From contig OZ024752.1 of assembly GCA_964016885.1 (NCBI GenBank), positions 15,376,001 through 15,440,000 of the forward strand: 64,000 nt of DNA. Direction: 5' to 3'. Under the pieces are notes generated by a model that had not been told where the DNA came from, did not search any database, and saw nothing but the letters and a program-made list of their open reading frames with translations. The position numbers were made by a program, and so were the translations under genes. Below are positions 15,271 through 29,984 of the stretch, piece by piece (position 1 is the stretch's first letter; every line of letters begins with the position of its first letter). The stretch comes from Eledone cirrhosa (Eukaryota).

Positions 15271-16012
15271 TCGTACCATCCACTTATAAATATGTTTAAT
15301 ATATATATAAACATAACGAACATATCTTCCTATATACAACTATTAGGACCCAGTTCTTTAGGTAATTACTCCTAACGATCAAGATTACACTATGAGTATA
15401 TAGGGATCTCGAAACATTTTATTTGATCTATATGTAAATGAGCATATCGAGGTTGCATTTCAAAAGTATATAAGCTATAAGTTAATACTTATCTCAGGAG
15501 CCAGGTTAAAGTATCTATAAATATATCCCTCACATTCTCATACAACAACTGAGATAGCCCTGACATGATCATAGCTAAATAGATTCATAGCCATAACGTA
15601 CGTGTCTATTATTCATAGCCATAACGTATGTGTCTTCATATACCTTCTTTCATAAGATGGCCGATTGCTTTAAACCGTAAACAGGGGACTCAGAAAATAC
15701 AGTTATACCAACCATTGATTTGCAGGTATGATTCTTGTTAAACCCCTCCCACGACACGCATCCCTATATTATGTAAACGTACTAAAGACCCACGCTATGC
15801 GGATAACGTTATCATGCTGCAGCACTATTATTAAGAACTTTCAGTAGGCATGCATGTTCCTGTACCTACCGAGTGAGTCGTTAGGTCGCCGTAGTGACAT
15901 ACGACGTTTTGGGGTAAGTTAAAAACATGGCGGAGACCGCGTCTCACCTTGTCTGAATACAACATATTTCTTCCAGAGAAAATAAAGAGATAAATATAAG
16001 AAAAAAATAGAT

Positions 16013-16165
16013 CCCAGTACTAGACTGGTACTTTTACATCGAACTTGAATGGATGAAAGGCAAAGTTGACCTCGTTGAGATTTGAACTCATAGAGGATAG
16101 AACCGAAACAAATACTGCAAATCATTCTATCTGAATTTCTAACGACTCTGTCAAATCTGCCGCCT
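16013..16165 (-). mobile_element. Diverged Nin-domain SINE
   Basis: ggatgaaaggcaaagttgacctcg...atttgaactca. Confidence 0.7.
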
Positions 16166-16478
16166 AGTTTCAGTAAATTAAACTATTATTATCTGCAGCT
16201 ACTACAACCACCGTTAAGTAATAGGCCGTACTCCACACTTTCATTCAATTCCGGAACTATTTCCCCAAACGAACCACCTTGATAAAAATAAAACCGTAAA
16301 AACATTTAATGAATCTGCAGGAATGTGTCTAGCCGGAAGTTCCTATCAGGAAATCCATTGACCATTCGACACGACATGAAAATAACCAAACTATTATTGA
16401 AATAATTGAAATCATTCCAACAGATGAATATTACATAAATGTATCATAAAGAAATATATACGTAATGAGTCAATGATA

Positions 16479-17415
16479 TGTGTGTATATGTGTGTTGGTG
16501 TCTGTGTGTGTCTGTGTGTGTGTCTCTGTGTGTGTGTGTGTTTTCATGTCAGTGTGTATCAGTGTGTGTCTGTATCAGAGTCAGTATCTGTATCAGTATG
16601 TGTGTCAGTGTGTGCCTGTATCAGTGTGTGTGTGTGTGTCAGTGTGTATCAGTGTGTGTCTGTATCAGTGTGTGTCTGTGTGTGTCAGTGTGTATCAGTG
16701 TGTGTCTGTATCAGTGTCAGTATCTGTATCAGTATGTGTGTCAGTGTGTGCCTGTATCAGTGTGTGTGTGTGTCAGTGTGTGTCAGTGTGTGTGTGTGTG
16801 TCAGTGTGTGTCTGTGTGTGTGTGTATCAGTGTGTCAGTGTGTGTCAGTGTGTGTCAGTGTGTGTCTGTATCAGTGTGTCAGTGTGTGTCAGTGTGTCTG
16901 TATCAGTGTGTCAGTATGTGTGCCTGTGTGTGCCTGTATCAGTGTGTCAGTGTGTGTCAGTGTGTGTCAGTGTGTGTCTGTATCAGTGTGTCAGTGTGTG
17001 TCTGTGTGTGTATGTATCAGTGTGTCAGTGTGTGCCTGTATCAGTGTGTCAGTGTGTGTCTGTGTGTTTATGTATCAGTGTGTCAGTGTGTGCCTGTATC
17101 AGTGTGTCAGTGTGTGTCTGTGTGTGTGTGTATCAGTGTGTCAGTGTGTGTCTGTATCAGTGTGTCTGTGTGTGTCTGTATCAGTGTGTCAGTGTGTGTC
17201 AGTGTGTGTCTGTATCAGTGTCAGTATGTGTGTCAGTGTGTGCCTGTATCAGTGTGTGTGTGTCAGTGTGTGTCTGTGTGTGTCTGTACCAGTGTGTGTG
17301 TGTGTCAGTGTGTGCCTGTATGTGCCTGTATCAGTGTGTCAGTGTGTGTATGTGTGTGTCTGTATCAGTGTGTCAGTGTGTGTCTGTGTGTGTCTGTATC
17401 AGTGTGTGTGTGTGT
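16479..17415. repeat. Compound GT-based satellite (tcagtgtg / ctgtatcagtgtg modules)
   Basis: About 940 bp of reiterated short modules. Confidence 0.92.
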
Positions 17416-17522
17416 AACTATATATCCACATATATATATGTTATTAAATATATGAAACTTTATTTAGCGGATCATATCAAAGAATTTCTCCTCTGTAATT
17501 GTCAATGATAGACCCCACAGCT

Positions 17523-18230
17523 CTGGTCCCTAGTCCTACAGCCCCTCCACCTTCAACCCTCCTCCCAACACCGCTGGTCCCTAGTCCTACAGCCCCTCCA
17601 CCTTCAACCCTCCTCCCAACACCGCTGGTCCCTAGTCTCACAGCCCCTCCACCTTTAACCCTCCTCCCAACACCGCTGGTCCCTAGTCCTACAGCCCCTT
17701 CACCTTCAACCCTCCTCCCAACACCGCTGGTCCCTAGTCATACAGCCCCTCCACCTTCAACCCTCCTCCCAACACCGCTGGTCCCTAGTCCTACAGCCCC
17801 TCCAACTTCAACCCTCCTCCCAACACCGCTGGTCCCTAGTCCTACAGCCCCTCCACCTTCACCCCCCCCCACACCGCTGGTCCCTAGTCCTACAGCCCCT
17901 CCACCTTCAACCCTCCTCCCAACACCGCTGGTCCCTAGTCCTACAGCCCCTCCACCTTCAACCCTCCTCCCAACACCGCTGGTCCCTAATCCTACAGCCC
18001 CTCCACCTTCACCCCCCCCACCGCTGGTCCCTAGTCCTACAGCCCCTCCACCTTCAACGCTCCTCCCAACACCGCTGGTCCCTAGTCCTACAGCCCCTCC
18101 ACCGTCAACCCTCCTCCCCACACCGCTGGTCCCTAGTCCTACAGCCCCTCCACCTTCAACCCTCCTCCCCCCACCGCTGGTCCCTAGTCATACAACCCCT
18201 CCACCTGCAACCCTCCTCCACCCCACCCCC
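17523..18230. repeat. 51-bp GC-rich minisatellite, ~14 units
   Basis: Unit ctggtccctagtcctacagcccctccaccttcaaccctcctcccaacaccg. Confidence 0.95.
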
Positions 18231-18511
18231 TTCCTCCTCCTCTCCTCCTCCAATCCTCTGCTTCCACCCTCTCCTCCACCTTCACTCTCCCCCTCCCGCT
18301 CCTCCTTCAAACCTCCACCTTCACCGCTCCTCCTCCTCCTCATTCAACCCTCCTTCTTCACCCACCTACTCCACCTTCCCTCTCCTACTCCACCCTCCCA
18401 TACTCCTCTCACCCCACAACCCTTTATCTCCCCTTTATCTCCCCTGTCTATGTCTAATGTTGTTATATGAAATATATTTATGATATTTATTTTCACTTTT
18501 ATTAAATATAT

Positions 18512-19107
18512 ATAAATGGAAAAGAATGAAACGAAACTTCATTTCTCACTCTTAGCACGGCTGATACTTAAATATCAGTGTGTACACGTACATATATATA
18601 TGTGTGCATGTATGTATATATATATACATACTACTGTACGTCTGTATACATATATGTATGTGCGTATACATACTTACATTTAAGTATCAGCCGTACTAAG
18701 AGTGAGAAATGAAATTTCGTTTCATTCTTTTCCATTTATCGTTTTCGGTACGCCGGCCGATTAACTCACTTGATATGCACATTAGGCTGCTCAGCCGTTA
18801 ATATGCATAAGGAAAGTATATACTTTAAAACGTTCAATCATCTGACAGGAAGGTATACGATGCTGACGATAGTTAATAAGCTTGAAACTAGTACATCGTT
18901 CCTGTGTCAGTGTTGAACAAAAGGGCGACGATGGGTGCCGAACACTGTACGGCGTAACTCGGGCTGTTTGTTTACAAACAAGCCGAACATTATAATAAAT
19001 TTTCGGTAAACCCATACGTACATATATATATGTGTGCTTGTATGTATATATATATACATACTACTGTACGTCTGTACACATATATGTATGTACGTATACA
19101 TACTTAT
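18512..19107 (+). mobile_element. Retrozyme-like HHR element (~430-nt monomer plus partial repeat, with an inverted 5' piece)
   Basis: ctactgtacgtctgta at 18631 and 19061 (period 430); HHR at 18857-18899; 18512-~18600 is inverted relative to ~18650-18738. Confidence 0.7.
18857..18899 (+). ncRNA. Minimal type I hammerhead ribozyme
   Basis: acgatg CTGACGA tagttaataagctt GAAA ctag TA catcgt. Confidence 0.65.
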
Positions 19108-19119
19108 ATAAATATATAT

Positions 19120-19290
19120 ATTATATTGTAAACTATATATGTTATATTCTATATATATTATATTGTAGCCTGATATATATTATTTTATATATATTATATT
19201 GTAGCCTGATATGTATTATATTGTATATATATTATATTGTAGCCTGATATATATTATATTGTATATATATTATATTGTAGCCTGATATAT
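19120..19290. repeat. ~37-bp AT-rich minisatellite
   Basis: atattatattgtagcctgatat reiterated four to five times. Confidence 0.8.
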
Positions 19291-19361
19291 ACAACTTGGA
19301 CCTGAACAGAGCTAACACATCAACGTCTGATAAATTGGAAGAAAATAAAGAGTGGTAAGTC

Positions 19362-19806
19362 ATCTTCTTTATTTCTTGTTTTTCTTGTTTTTCTTTTGTT
19401 TCTTCTATTTTCTTTTGTTTCTTATTCTTCTTCTTCTTCTTCTTCTTCTTTTTCTTTTTCTTTGTTTCGGTTTTTGTTTTTCTTTTTGATTTTCTTTCTT
19501 TTTCTTTTTCTTTTTTCTCTATTATTCTTTTTATTTTTTCCGTTTTTTCCTTTTTTCTTTTTTTCTTTTTTTCTTTTTTTCTTTTTTTCTTTTTTTCTTT
19601 TTTCATCTTTTTTTTCCATATATTTTTCATATATTTTTTCTTTTGCATCACTTTTTCCTCTTCTTCACCCACTTATTCCTGAGAGGGTTATGGAGGCAAA
19701 GTCCACAAACACTTTTTTCAACGTGTCCTGTCAAAAGCAACCGCCCCCAACTAATCCGTCTGGATCTCCCAAGCGAGACCAGCCAAGCTCATGGATATTA
19801 TCCAAC
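19362..19806 (-). mobile_element. RTE-clade LINE 3' end with an expanded GAA/A-rich tail
   Basis: Minus strand LDNIHELGWSRLG...LWTLPP*P resembles the RTE ORF C-terminus and is followed by a (GAA)/A-rich tract. Confidence 0.6.
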
Positions 19807-19835
19807 AATCGTTCTATAGTTATTGAGCAACGTCT

Positions 19836-20113
19836 CTAAATTTGCAGGCGATATGGTACTACTTACACACGGGAATGTGGTCTCCGACAAACATTTAATG
19901 TGTTTGCTCCCGAGAGCTGCATGACAAAAATGAAAATCAGTGCTGCGCAGACTCAGACATTTGTTCTCTCAAGGAAACCAGCACAGAACAATCAACATAT
20001 GAGTTGAGATTTACTAAAGCAGATGGAGATGTTGAAGTATTTCACAGATGGTGGGTGGAGGGCAAGGGTCAGAATTATGTGCAAGAATCGCAGGAACTGG
20101 TGCAGTAATGCGC
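19836..20113 (+). pseudogene. RTE-clade reverse transcriptase fragment (degenerate)
   Basis: KFAGDMVLL (FADD), [26 protein letters not shown] and [10 protein letters not shown] match RTE RT domain-5-to-thumb motifs, with frameshifts and stops. Confidence 0.7.
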
Positions 20114-20115
20114 AT

Positions 20116-20195
<80 letters not shown>

Positions 20196-20662
20196 CTATA
20201 TATGTATATCTATATATATATATATATGTATATCTATATATGTATATCTATATATGTTTATATATATATATATGTATATCTATATATGTATATCTATATA
20301 TGTATATCTATATATATATATATATATGTATATCTATATATGTATATCTATATATGTATATCTCTCTCTATATATATATATGTATATCTATATATTTATC
20401 TCTATATATATATGTAAGTATGCATGTATACGTACATACATATATGTATACAGACGTACAGTAGCATGCATATATATATATATATATATATACATATATA
20501 TATACATATGCATACAGGTACACATACATATATGCACGTATCAGTTTAGCGGCGCTTATTATAACGTCGCTTTGTTCGTTTGTAAACAAACTGAACAGCC
20601 TGAATTTATGCCATACGGTGTTAAGGCAACCACGTCACCTTTTTGTTCAACACTGACACAGG

Positions 20663-20707
20663 AACGATGTACTAGTTTCAAGCTTGTTAGCTATCATCAG
20701 CACCGTT
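20663..20707 (-). ncRNA. Minimal type I hammerhead ribozyme
   Basis: Reverse complement of 20817-20861. Confidence 0.7.
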
Positions 20708-20816
20708 TACCCATCTGCCGTTTAACTCACTCAATATGCAAATTAGGCTGCTCAGCCGTTAATTTTCATAAGGAAAGTATATACTTTCGAACGTTCAACT
20801 ATCTGGCAGATGGGTA

Positions 20817-20861
20817 AACGGTGCTGATGATAGCTAACAAGCTTGAAACTAGTACATCGTT
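20817..20861 (+). ncRNA. Minimal type I hammerhead ribozyme
   Basis: aacggtg CTGATGA tagct-aaca-agctt GAAA ctag TA catcgtt. Confidence 0.7.
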
Positions 20862-21169
20862 CCTGTGTCAGTGTTGAACAAAAAGGTGACGTGGTTGCCT
20901 TAACACCGTATGGCATAAATTCAGGCTGTTCAGTTTGTTTACAAACGAACAAAGTGACGTTATAATAAGCGCCGCTAAACTGATACGTGCATATATGTAT
21001 GTGTACCTGTATGCATATGTATATATATATGTATATATATATATATATATATGCATGCTACTGTACGTCTGTATACATATATGTACGTACGTATACATGC
21101 ATACTTACATTTAAGTAAGTGCCATTCTAAGAGTGAGAAATGAAATTTCGTTTTCATTTTGTTTCAATT

Positions 21170-22060
<891 letters not shown>

Positions 22061-22135
22061 ACATGTCTGTGTGTGTATGTGTGTCTGTGTATTTGCTGTG
22101 ACATCGCCTTTAATCTTCCTTAATCACACGTTTTT

Positions 22136-22222
22136 TTACTTTCATCCTTACGTGGTCGATAAAATAAAGTACCAGTAATGCACTAGAGTAATTACTGGCC
22201 TTATGTCAAAAGTACAAATATT
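22136..22222 (+). mobile_element. Nin-domain SINE 3' fragment followed by an (ATT)n tail
   Basis: ttcatccttacgtggtcgataaaataaagtaccagtaatgcact. Confidence 0.75.
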
Positions 22223-22226
22223 ATTA

Positions 22227-22281
<55 letters not shown>

Positions 22282-23236
22282 GCCCTATGCGGCTAATAAA
22301 GAAATCATTAACACTGATATAGCCAACGTAGCCACACGTATAATCTTCCCACCTGCTGTCAATGATAGGTTTTAATCTATTGATAAGCATAGAACCGGAT
22401 TGATTTGTAAGCTTTCAATTATACATTCTATGGTATCTATTGAAAATTTGATATCATGTATTTGACAGTTCTCTAACCACAAACACTCATGTGGATTTGT
22501 TCTTCAAAACTTATATGTAGTTTACGAAACTGACTCCGAGCTAACTGCAACACAATATGTTATATGTTACACCATGTAGTCTGCACTCTTTAAGTACATG
22601 TCACATTAGCAACATAGATATGCTTCTCACTTAGTACGTTTGTATTGTCTCATGAGTAGATTTTTTCATTCATTTTGTTATTAAGGAATTTCAATATATA
22701 TAATTACGAGTAATAAGATTTTCTTTGTAACTATTACACACAAGCTAGTAAAATCATGACATCCTATAAATATTAAATTTCCTTTAACCAAACAATACTC
22801 AATAGATTCAAAATAATTGAATTGATGTATTTATTTTTATTCGAATCATTTTGCACCAGGATTTGTAAGAGAAGGGAACTAACAAAACAACATCAAGTAC
22901 TTTGTCAAAGATAAAGATTCGGTGAGTTACCTGCATTTTGTTTATAATAATTTTCTTCTTTTTATTTTCGAAAACTTTCAAAATATTGATAAAGTTTCTA
23001 CAAAGATATCTGTAAGAATTATACAAGTGAAGGATTGTTATACTATACATAAATCTTATAAATGAAACAAACATGTACACGCACACTCGAAAGTACATAT
23101 ATTGATTTCCATTTCTGATAGAGACTGATTGAAACTGCTTTTTCCATTCTTATGAATCTTTTCCCTCTTTCATTAGCTGTGTTATAGCATCTCCGCGCAT
23201 AAGCACACCATTCTCCAAATTATATGTGTGTATATA

Positions 23237-23333
<97 letters not shown>

Positions 23334-23997
23334 CTGTGTGTATACACATACATACATAGTAAAAAAGAGATATAAACTGTAGAAAATGCTAAAGGGATTT
23401 TTTCTGAGATTAACAGCAAAACATTTATTTACAAAATAGGAAGCATTATTCGTACCTGTTTCAGCTTATAGGCTTCTTCATGTCACGGAAGTGTATAATG
23501 AAAATAAATTGCATATTAATAAGTATATGGGAAGAAATTATATGGTTTATATATTATTATTCAAAACTCTCATTCATCATGACTACAAAATGACATGTAT
23601 GTATATATAACGTAAATCTGAATTTTTTTGAATATTAATAATAATATTCGATTCGTTTGCAATTATGCAAACAACCGCATAAGTCATGTGAATAGATTGT
23701 GTTTGTATATATATATATATGCCAATGCTACATATTTTGTCACGCTGATTCTCTCTCTTAGAAGTATTTTAAAGGCACCTAGGTGAAGGGATTGCTAAGA
23801 GAATTGCTCGTTAATTTCACAAGCACAACATTATTTAACTCGAAAACATAGAACGTGTAAATCCATCCAACCTCTAGCAGCGAATTATATCGAGGTATAC
23901 AGTTACCTATGCTTCAGAATGTACAGATTACCCTATGATCATATATCGATTTCTTAATATACATTTGATCTAAGAATTCAAAGCCATTAAATATATT

Positions 23998-24047
<50 letters not shown>

Positions 24048-24231
24048 TTAAGGGAACTATTTATGGTTATGTATGTAGTAAAACCTTTAATGGTAATATA
24101 TTATATATACAAACCTTAAATAGTGAAAGATAGTCATTAATTACTATCCTATTACCAGTAAGATAAATAGCTCAATGTAATAACATCAGTTGTTTTACAG
24201 AGCAGTTATATAGAGATTACAATGATGAAAG

Positions 24232-24275
24232 TTGCTCCGAAGAATCCTCGGTTTGGAGGAAACAATTGTAAGCAA
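24232..24275 (+). ncRNA. Hammerhead-like motif, CCGAAGA core variant
   Basis: ttgct CCGAAGA atcctcggtttggag GAAA caattg TA agcaa; second copy at 37619-37666 (-). Confidence 0.5.
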
Positions 24276-24312
24276 ATAATAAATGACTTAAACTGAACTT
24301 TGATTATTGTAA

Positions 24313-24346
<34 letters not shown>

Positions 24347-24536
24347 TATGAGGAATTCCAACTTTGTCTGATTTACTCGTTTTATTTTCAATCCTTAAAA
24401 ATGTATAATGGTATTATAATGAAATAGTATGATAGAATATAAAATGTTAAGTGTTAATTGAGCAAGTACTTTCATGCTTTCGCAATCTTCAGGTTCATAA
24501 TGTATGGTGACAGTCAGTATTCAGGTTCATAAAGTG

Positions 24537-26174
<1,638 letters not shown>

Positions 26175-27869
26175 CAGTGCCCCGCAAAAGTTTACAATAC
26201 ATTAGGAAAAATGCGCTTTTAGGTATTTTTAATAAAGTTAGGGTAATGAAAATTTAACTACTGATAGAACATATATTGAGGCATTTAATGATACAATCAT
26301 ATTTTTTTTTAAATAACAAGGAAATAACTCATGAAGAAAAATCAATATTTTTATAACGCAAAAGTTTACAACACATTTATTAAATCATCTCTTAATATTT
26401 CGTAGCGTAACCTTTGTTGCTAATACAGCCTGTAGGGCGTTTGGAGTAGCTTTTTGCATGTTTCTTGGCTAGAATAAATGTTCTAAAATGACCATGTCAG
26501 TCTCCAGATCTTAACCCGATCGAAAATTTGTGGAGAGAATTCAAAAAAGGAAACCCAAAATATCCCTGAACTAAAGAAAATTTGTTTCTTCACAACAAAT
26601 TTTCTTTAGTTCAGGGATATTTTGGGGTTGCCTTTTTTGAATTCTCTCCACAAATTTTCGATCGGGTTAAGATCTGGAGACTGACATGGTCATTGTAGAA
26701 CATTTATTCCATTCGTACTTAACCAAGATTGTGTTAGCTTTGCAGTATGCTTTGGATTGTTGTCTTGTTGAAAAAAACAACCTGGCTTTAAGCTGAGAGA
26801 ATGTGCACTTTGATGTAAATTCCTTTGCAAAATACCTCTATAATAAGCGCCACCCATTCTTCCTTCTATTATTTCAATATTTCCTACACCTGTGGCACTA
26901 AAGCAACCCCAGACCATGACTGATCCACATCCAAATTTTACAGTTGGAATAGTATTCTTCGGCGAATATTCAGTACCTTTCTTTCTCCAGACTTTTGCCA
27001 CAGCATTTCGACCAAAAAGTTCAATTTTTGTTTCGTCCGACTAAAGTACATCTTCCCAAAATGACGCAGGTTTGATGAGATGCTCATTTGCAAAGTTTAA
27101 TCGACGAAGAACGTGTTTCCTCGTAAGAAGTAGTGTTTTCCTTGGAGACCTCGAGAAGATATTATATCGACGAAGTGAACGACTAATTGTATCTGCGCTC
27201 ACTTTTACTCCACTTCCTTCTAGGTTATCCTGAAGATTTTTAAGAGTACACCGGTGTTCGTTGCCAACCTTTCTCGTCCATAACCGAGCTGAACGTTCCG
27301 TTATCTTTCTAGGACAACCAGAACTAATTAAAGGACAGATGGAATGATGAGATTTCCAGTGACGAATTATAGTACCAACTAAACTCAATAGCACATTTAA
27401 CTGACAAGATATCTTTCTATAACCAACAGCATTTGTATGAAGATCTACAATGCGTTTACAGAGGTCTTCATCAATCAGTTTATTTTTCCCCATATTGTCA
27501 ATGTTTACAGGACGGTTGTCAATGTTTACAGGATGGTTGTCAGACAAATAATGACGTAATGTTTTTAATAGTCCTTAGAAGTTACCTTAAACCTAATCTA
27601 GAACATTCTACTGAATTTTAAATCTGAAAATTTAAGAATTTTCCTGAAAAAAAGCGATAAATATAAAATGGGTTGTAAACTTTTGCGTTATAAAAATATT
27701 GATTTTTCTTCATGAGTTATTTCCTTGTTATTTTTTAAAAAATATGATTGTATCATTAAATGCCTCATTATATGTTCTATCAGTAGTTAAATTTTCATTA
27801 CCCTTACTTTATTAAAACTACCTAAAACTGCATTTTTCCTAATGTGTTGTAAACTTTTGCGGGGCACTG
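26175..27869 (-). mobile_element. Tc1-family DNA transposon (IR/DR type, ~200-bp TIRs, TA TSD)
   Basis: TA|cagtgccccgcaaaagtttacaa...ttgtaaacttttgcggggcactg|TA; inner DR cgcaaaagtttacaa at ~26357 and ~27673; transposase remnants inside. Confidence 0.95.
26392..27493 (-). pseudogene. Tc1 DD34E transposase pseudogene
   Basis: MGKNK...SGCPRK..., VL*SDETKIELFG, TVKFGCGSVMVWGCF, FQQDNNPKH, SPDLNPIENLW (34 residues from D to E), NKGYATKY*; two in-frame stops and an internal inversion. Confidence 0.92.
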
Positions 27870-27902
27870 TATATATATGTATACAGTATCTATATATATA
27901 CA

Positions 27903-27962
<60 letters not shown>

Positions 27963-28009
27963 TATATATATATATATACAGTATATATATATACAGATAT
28001 ATATATATA

Positions 28010-28050
<41 letters not shown>

Positions 28051-28319
28051 ATTTATTGATATTTTATCTGAGTGACCCGAATCTTCCTGATCGTAATTTT
28101 TCGGTCGTATGGTTGATTTTAGACATAATCTATGTGTGTTGGTATTTTAACGATAGTTATAGCTCGGATTTATCTGAATTATTGAGCCCTCTGCCACTCA
28201 TGTCGAATTTTGTTTATCGTGAACTCGTGCGCCGATTTTTCGATACTCGATTATTCTACTATATATATATATATATATACAGTATATATACATATATATA
28301 TATATATACAGTATATATA

Positions 28320-28865
28320 TATTTGGTGGCTGCCAACTCGTTTTCGAGTACGGCCACTACTTTATATTTTTATATCCATGTAGAAGAACCCTTACCGATG
28401 CGCTGAACGAGTGTGACTTGAAAACTCTGGTACAAACACTGCACTTGTGACAATTATTGACACATAGTGCTGGGCCCATGGTACCATGTGACGACAAGTG
28501 CAGAGATCTCCAGATATAAAGCAATGCCTGTGCCGTGAAGCTTTTATAGTGAGCAAAGGCACTGCACAAAGCCAGTCCCACTCTCTTAACCAAGATGATA
28601 TTTACCAAAAAGAAGAACAAGTCAACATCATTGGATACCATCAGGGTTGCAGGTGTTATATCAGAGTTTTCCTTCTAGAATTCTGCCTTGACAAAGGCTA
28701 AGGAGTCATCTCTCCCGGTGACTTTGGATGGCCATTGACTCTTAAGAGTTCCTTTGCCCTTTGACAGGTTTTGTTTTTAGTCCTGCAGGATGTCCAAAGT
28801 CACCCTCCTCACCAAGAAACCGTGGTGGGGTTGCCAGTTTAGTCGCCAACGACCCGACCATGAGA
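28320..28865 (-). mobile_element. Possible internally deleted RTE-like element
   Basis: Minus-strand CSVCTRVFKSH resembles the RTE C-terminal C2H2-like motif; 28740-28865 is GC-richer and resembles a 5' UTR. Confidence 0.35.
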
Positions 28866-28882
28866 CATATATATACTGTATA

Positions 28883-28922
<40 letters not shown>

Positions 28923-28991
28923 CAGTATATATATATATATAGAGTATATATATATACAGTATATATATATATATATATATATATACAGTAA

Positions 28992-29042
<51 letters not shown>

Positions 29043-29063
29043 ATATATATATATATTGAGTAT

Positions 29064-29264
29064 GAAAAACCACAGACCCTCCATCTCAACTCACCTTTTG
29101 AAAAGCAGAAGAACTGCGAAACCGGTAAAGGAACCAAATAAATATATATATTTTTTAAAAAAATAAGACTTCAGTTGCATTTTCGATTTCATCTCTTTTT
29201 CTTTATACTTTCACTCGTGTAGGACACCTCGGTTATTTTTTATTTTGTAAAAAAAACCTCACTC

Positions 29265-29268
<4 letters not shown>
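29064..29268 (+). mobile_element. HHR-bearing dispersed repeat (also as an inverted pair at 52362-52699)
   Basis: Near-identical to 52562-52699 and to the reverse complement of 52362-52544. Confidence 0.75.
29094..29131 (+). ncRNA. Hammerhead ribozyme, U3-A8 core variant
   Basis: cctt TTGAAAA gcag-aagaa-ctgc GAAA ccgg TA aagg. Confidence 0.65.

Positions 29269-29984
<716 letters not shown>

Larger units (their letters stand above)
20413..21167. mobile_element. Inverted pair of retrozyme-like HHR units
   Basis: 20413-20719 is the reverse complement of 20805-21109; HHRs at 20663-20707 (-) and 20817-20861 (+); same family as 18512-19107. Confidence 0.8.

Noticed and set aside
16473-17508. Cys/Val-rich ORFs of ~320-340 aa
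   Set aside because: Open in all three frames because of the GT-based satellite; not a metallothionein or keratin-associated gene
19232-19672. Lys/Glu-rich ORF
   Set aside because: Translation of the degenerate GAA/A-rich LINE tail
22860-22921. Exon-like segment with a good acceptor (ttgcaccag) and donor (gtgagt)
   Set aside because: Stops in all three frames; could only be non-coding, and there is no further support
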